Shown piece after piece: positions 63,358-64,000 of a stretch of 64,000 nt of DNA. The notes below the pieces were generated by a model. The model was given only the letters and a program-made list of their open reading frames with translations. It searched no databases and was not told where the DNA came from. The stretch covers positions 25,236,001-25,300,000 of the forward strand of contig CM052818.1 of assembly GCA_028534125.1 (NCBI GenBank), in the 5' to 3' direction. The position numbers and the translations under genes were made by a program. The DNA is from Lama glama. Taxonomy: Eukaryota. The stretch's first letter is position 1; the number at the start of each line of letters is the position of its first letter.

Positions 63358-63545
63358 GAGCCATGGTTGTCAAACTTGAGCATGCATCAGAATCACCTGG
63401 AGGTCTAGTTAAGACAGTTTGCTGGGCCCACCCCTGAGTTTCTGATTCCAGAGTCCTGAATGGGGCCTGAGAATGTGCATTGCTAGCATTTGCCCAGTTG
63501 AGAGTGAAGCCGCTGGCCCTAGAACCACGCTGTGACTGCTACTGT
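63358..63545 (+). mobile_element. MER5A-like MITE
   Basis: caaacttgagcatgcatcagaatcacctggag...ggggcctgagaatgtgcatt. Confidence 0.8.
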
Positions 63546-64000
63546 GGTACAGAAGTCACTTTGGCCGATTGCTTCCTAGTATTTCTTAAACTTGTTCTTT
63601 CACCCGTATTTACTGTCAACTGGTATTTCTCTCCAGAGGCTTGATCATACCCGGGTTCGGTTTTTTCAGACAGGAATGCTTCATGTGCACTTCTTGTTGC
63701 CTCCACATCACGAGGCATGAAATCTCTAGCTGCTTTCCTGCTATGATACTCTCAGAGTAGTGGGTTCAGGGGGTGCTCATTTGACCCTCTCCATTATCAC
63801 CTTCCCTGCCGATCGTTTACTTGATGGTTTTAGCATTCATAGACGATTATGACCTCTATCCAGTATTTTATTAGGGTTAAAAGGTGGTGATTTTCTAATT
63901 CTGTTATCCCTTCTGCATTTATTAATTGGAACTCTGTGAAGAAGAACTTACCATCATGGACTCTGGCTACTATAAAATACAGTCAGATCAATAGGTGACT

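Overview
Mammalian genomic DNA, most likely from a camelid because it carries several tRNA-derived Vic-1-type SINEs. It is not prokaryotic, and almost all ORF-track entries are spurious or repeat-derived. The + strand carries the last 19 coding exons of MAP4K3/GLK (625-37120). I joined them by hand: all junctions are GT-AG and in phase, giving 521 aa plus stop (proline-rich linker and CNH domain). A ~1.35 kb 3'UTR follows, with AATAAA at 38446. About 3 kb downstream lies a CpG-island promoter with a probable non-coding first exon, then the first three coding exons of CDKL4 (51699-51866, 54928-55049, 62854-62926; the gene continues beyond the window). Introns contain L1, L2, MIR, MLT1, hAT MITEs, Vic-1 SINEs and a solo ERV LTR. 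The best leads are: (1) a candidate in-frame 27-nt MAP4K3 microexon (5467-5493) with a perfect donor, a UGC at the acceptor and downstream RBFOX/NOVA motifs; (2) an intronic SNORA67/U67-like H/ACA RNA (12190-12330) that keeps a two-hairpin fold; (3) an RFX X-box and a repeat-built 4-tier G-quadruplex in the CDKL4 promoter/5'UTR; (4) two strong same-orientation CTCF motifs bracketing the CDKL4 ATG exon. Family assignments rest on my recollection of reference sequences, not on database searches, and repeat boundaries are approximate.
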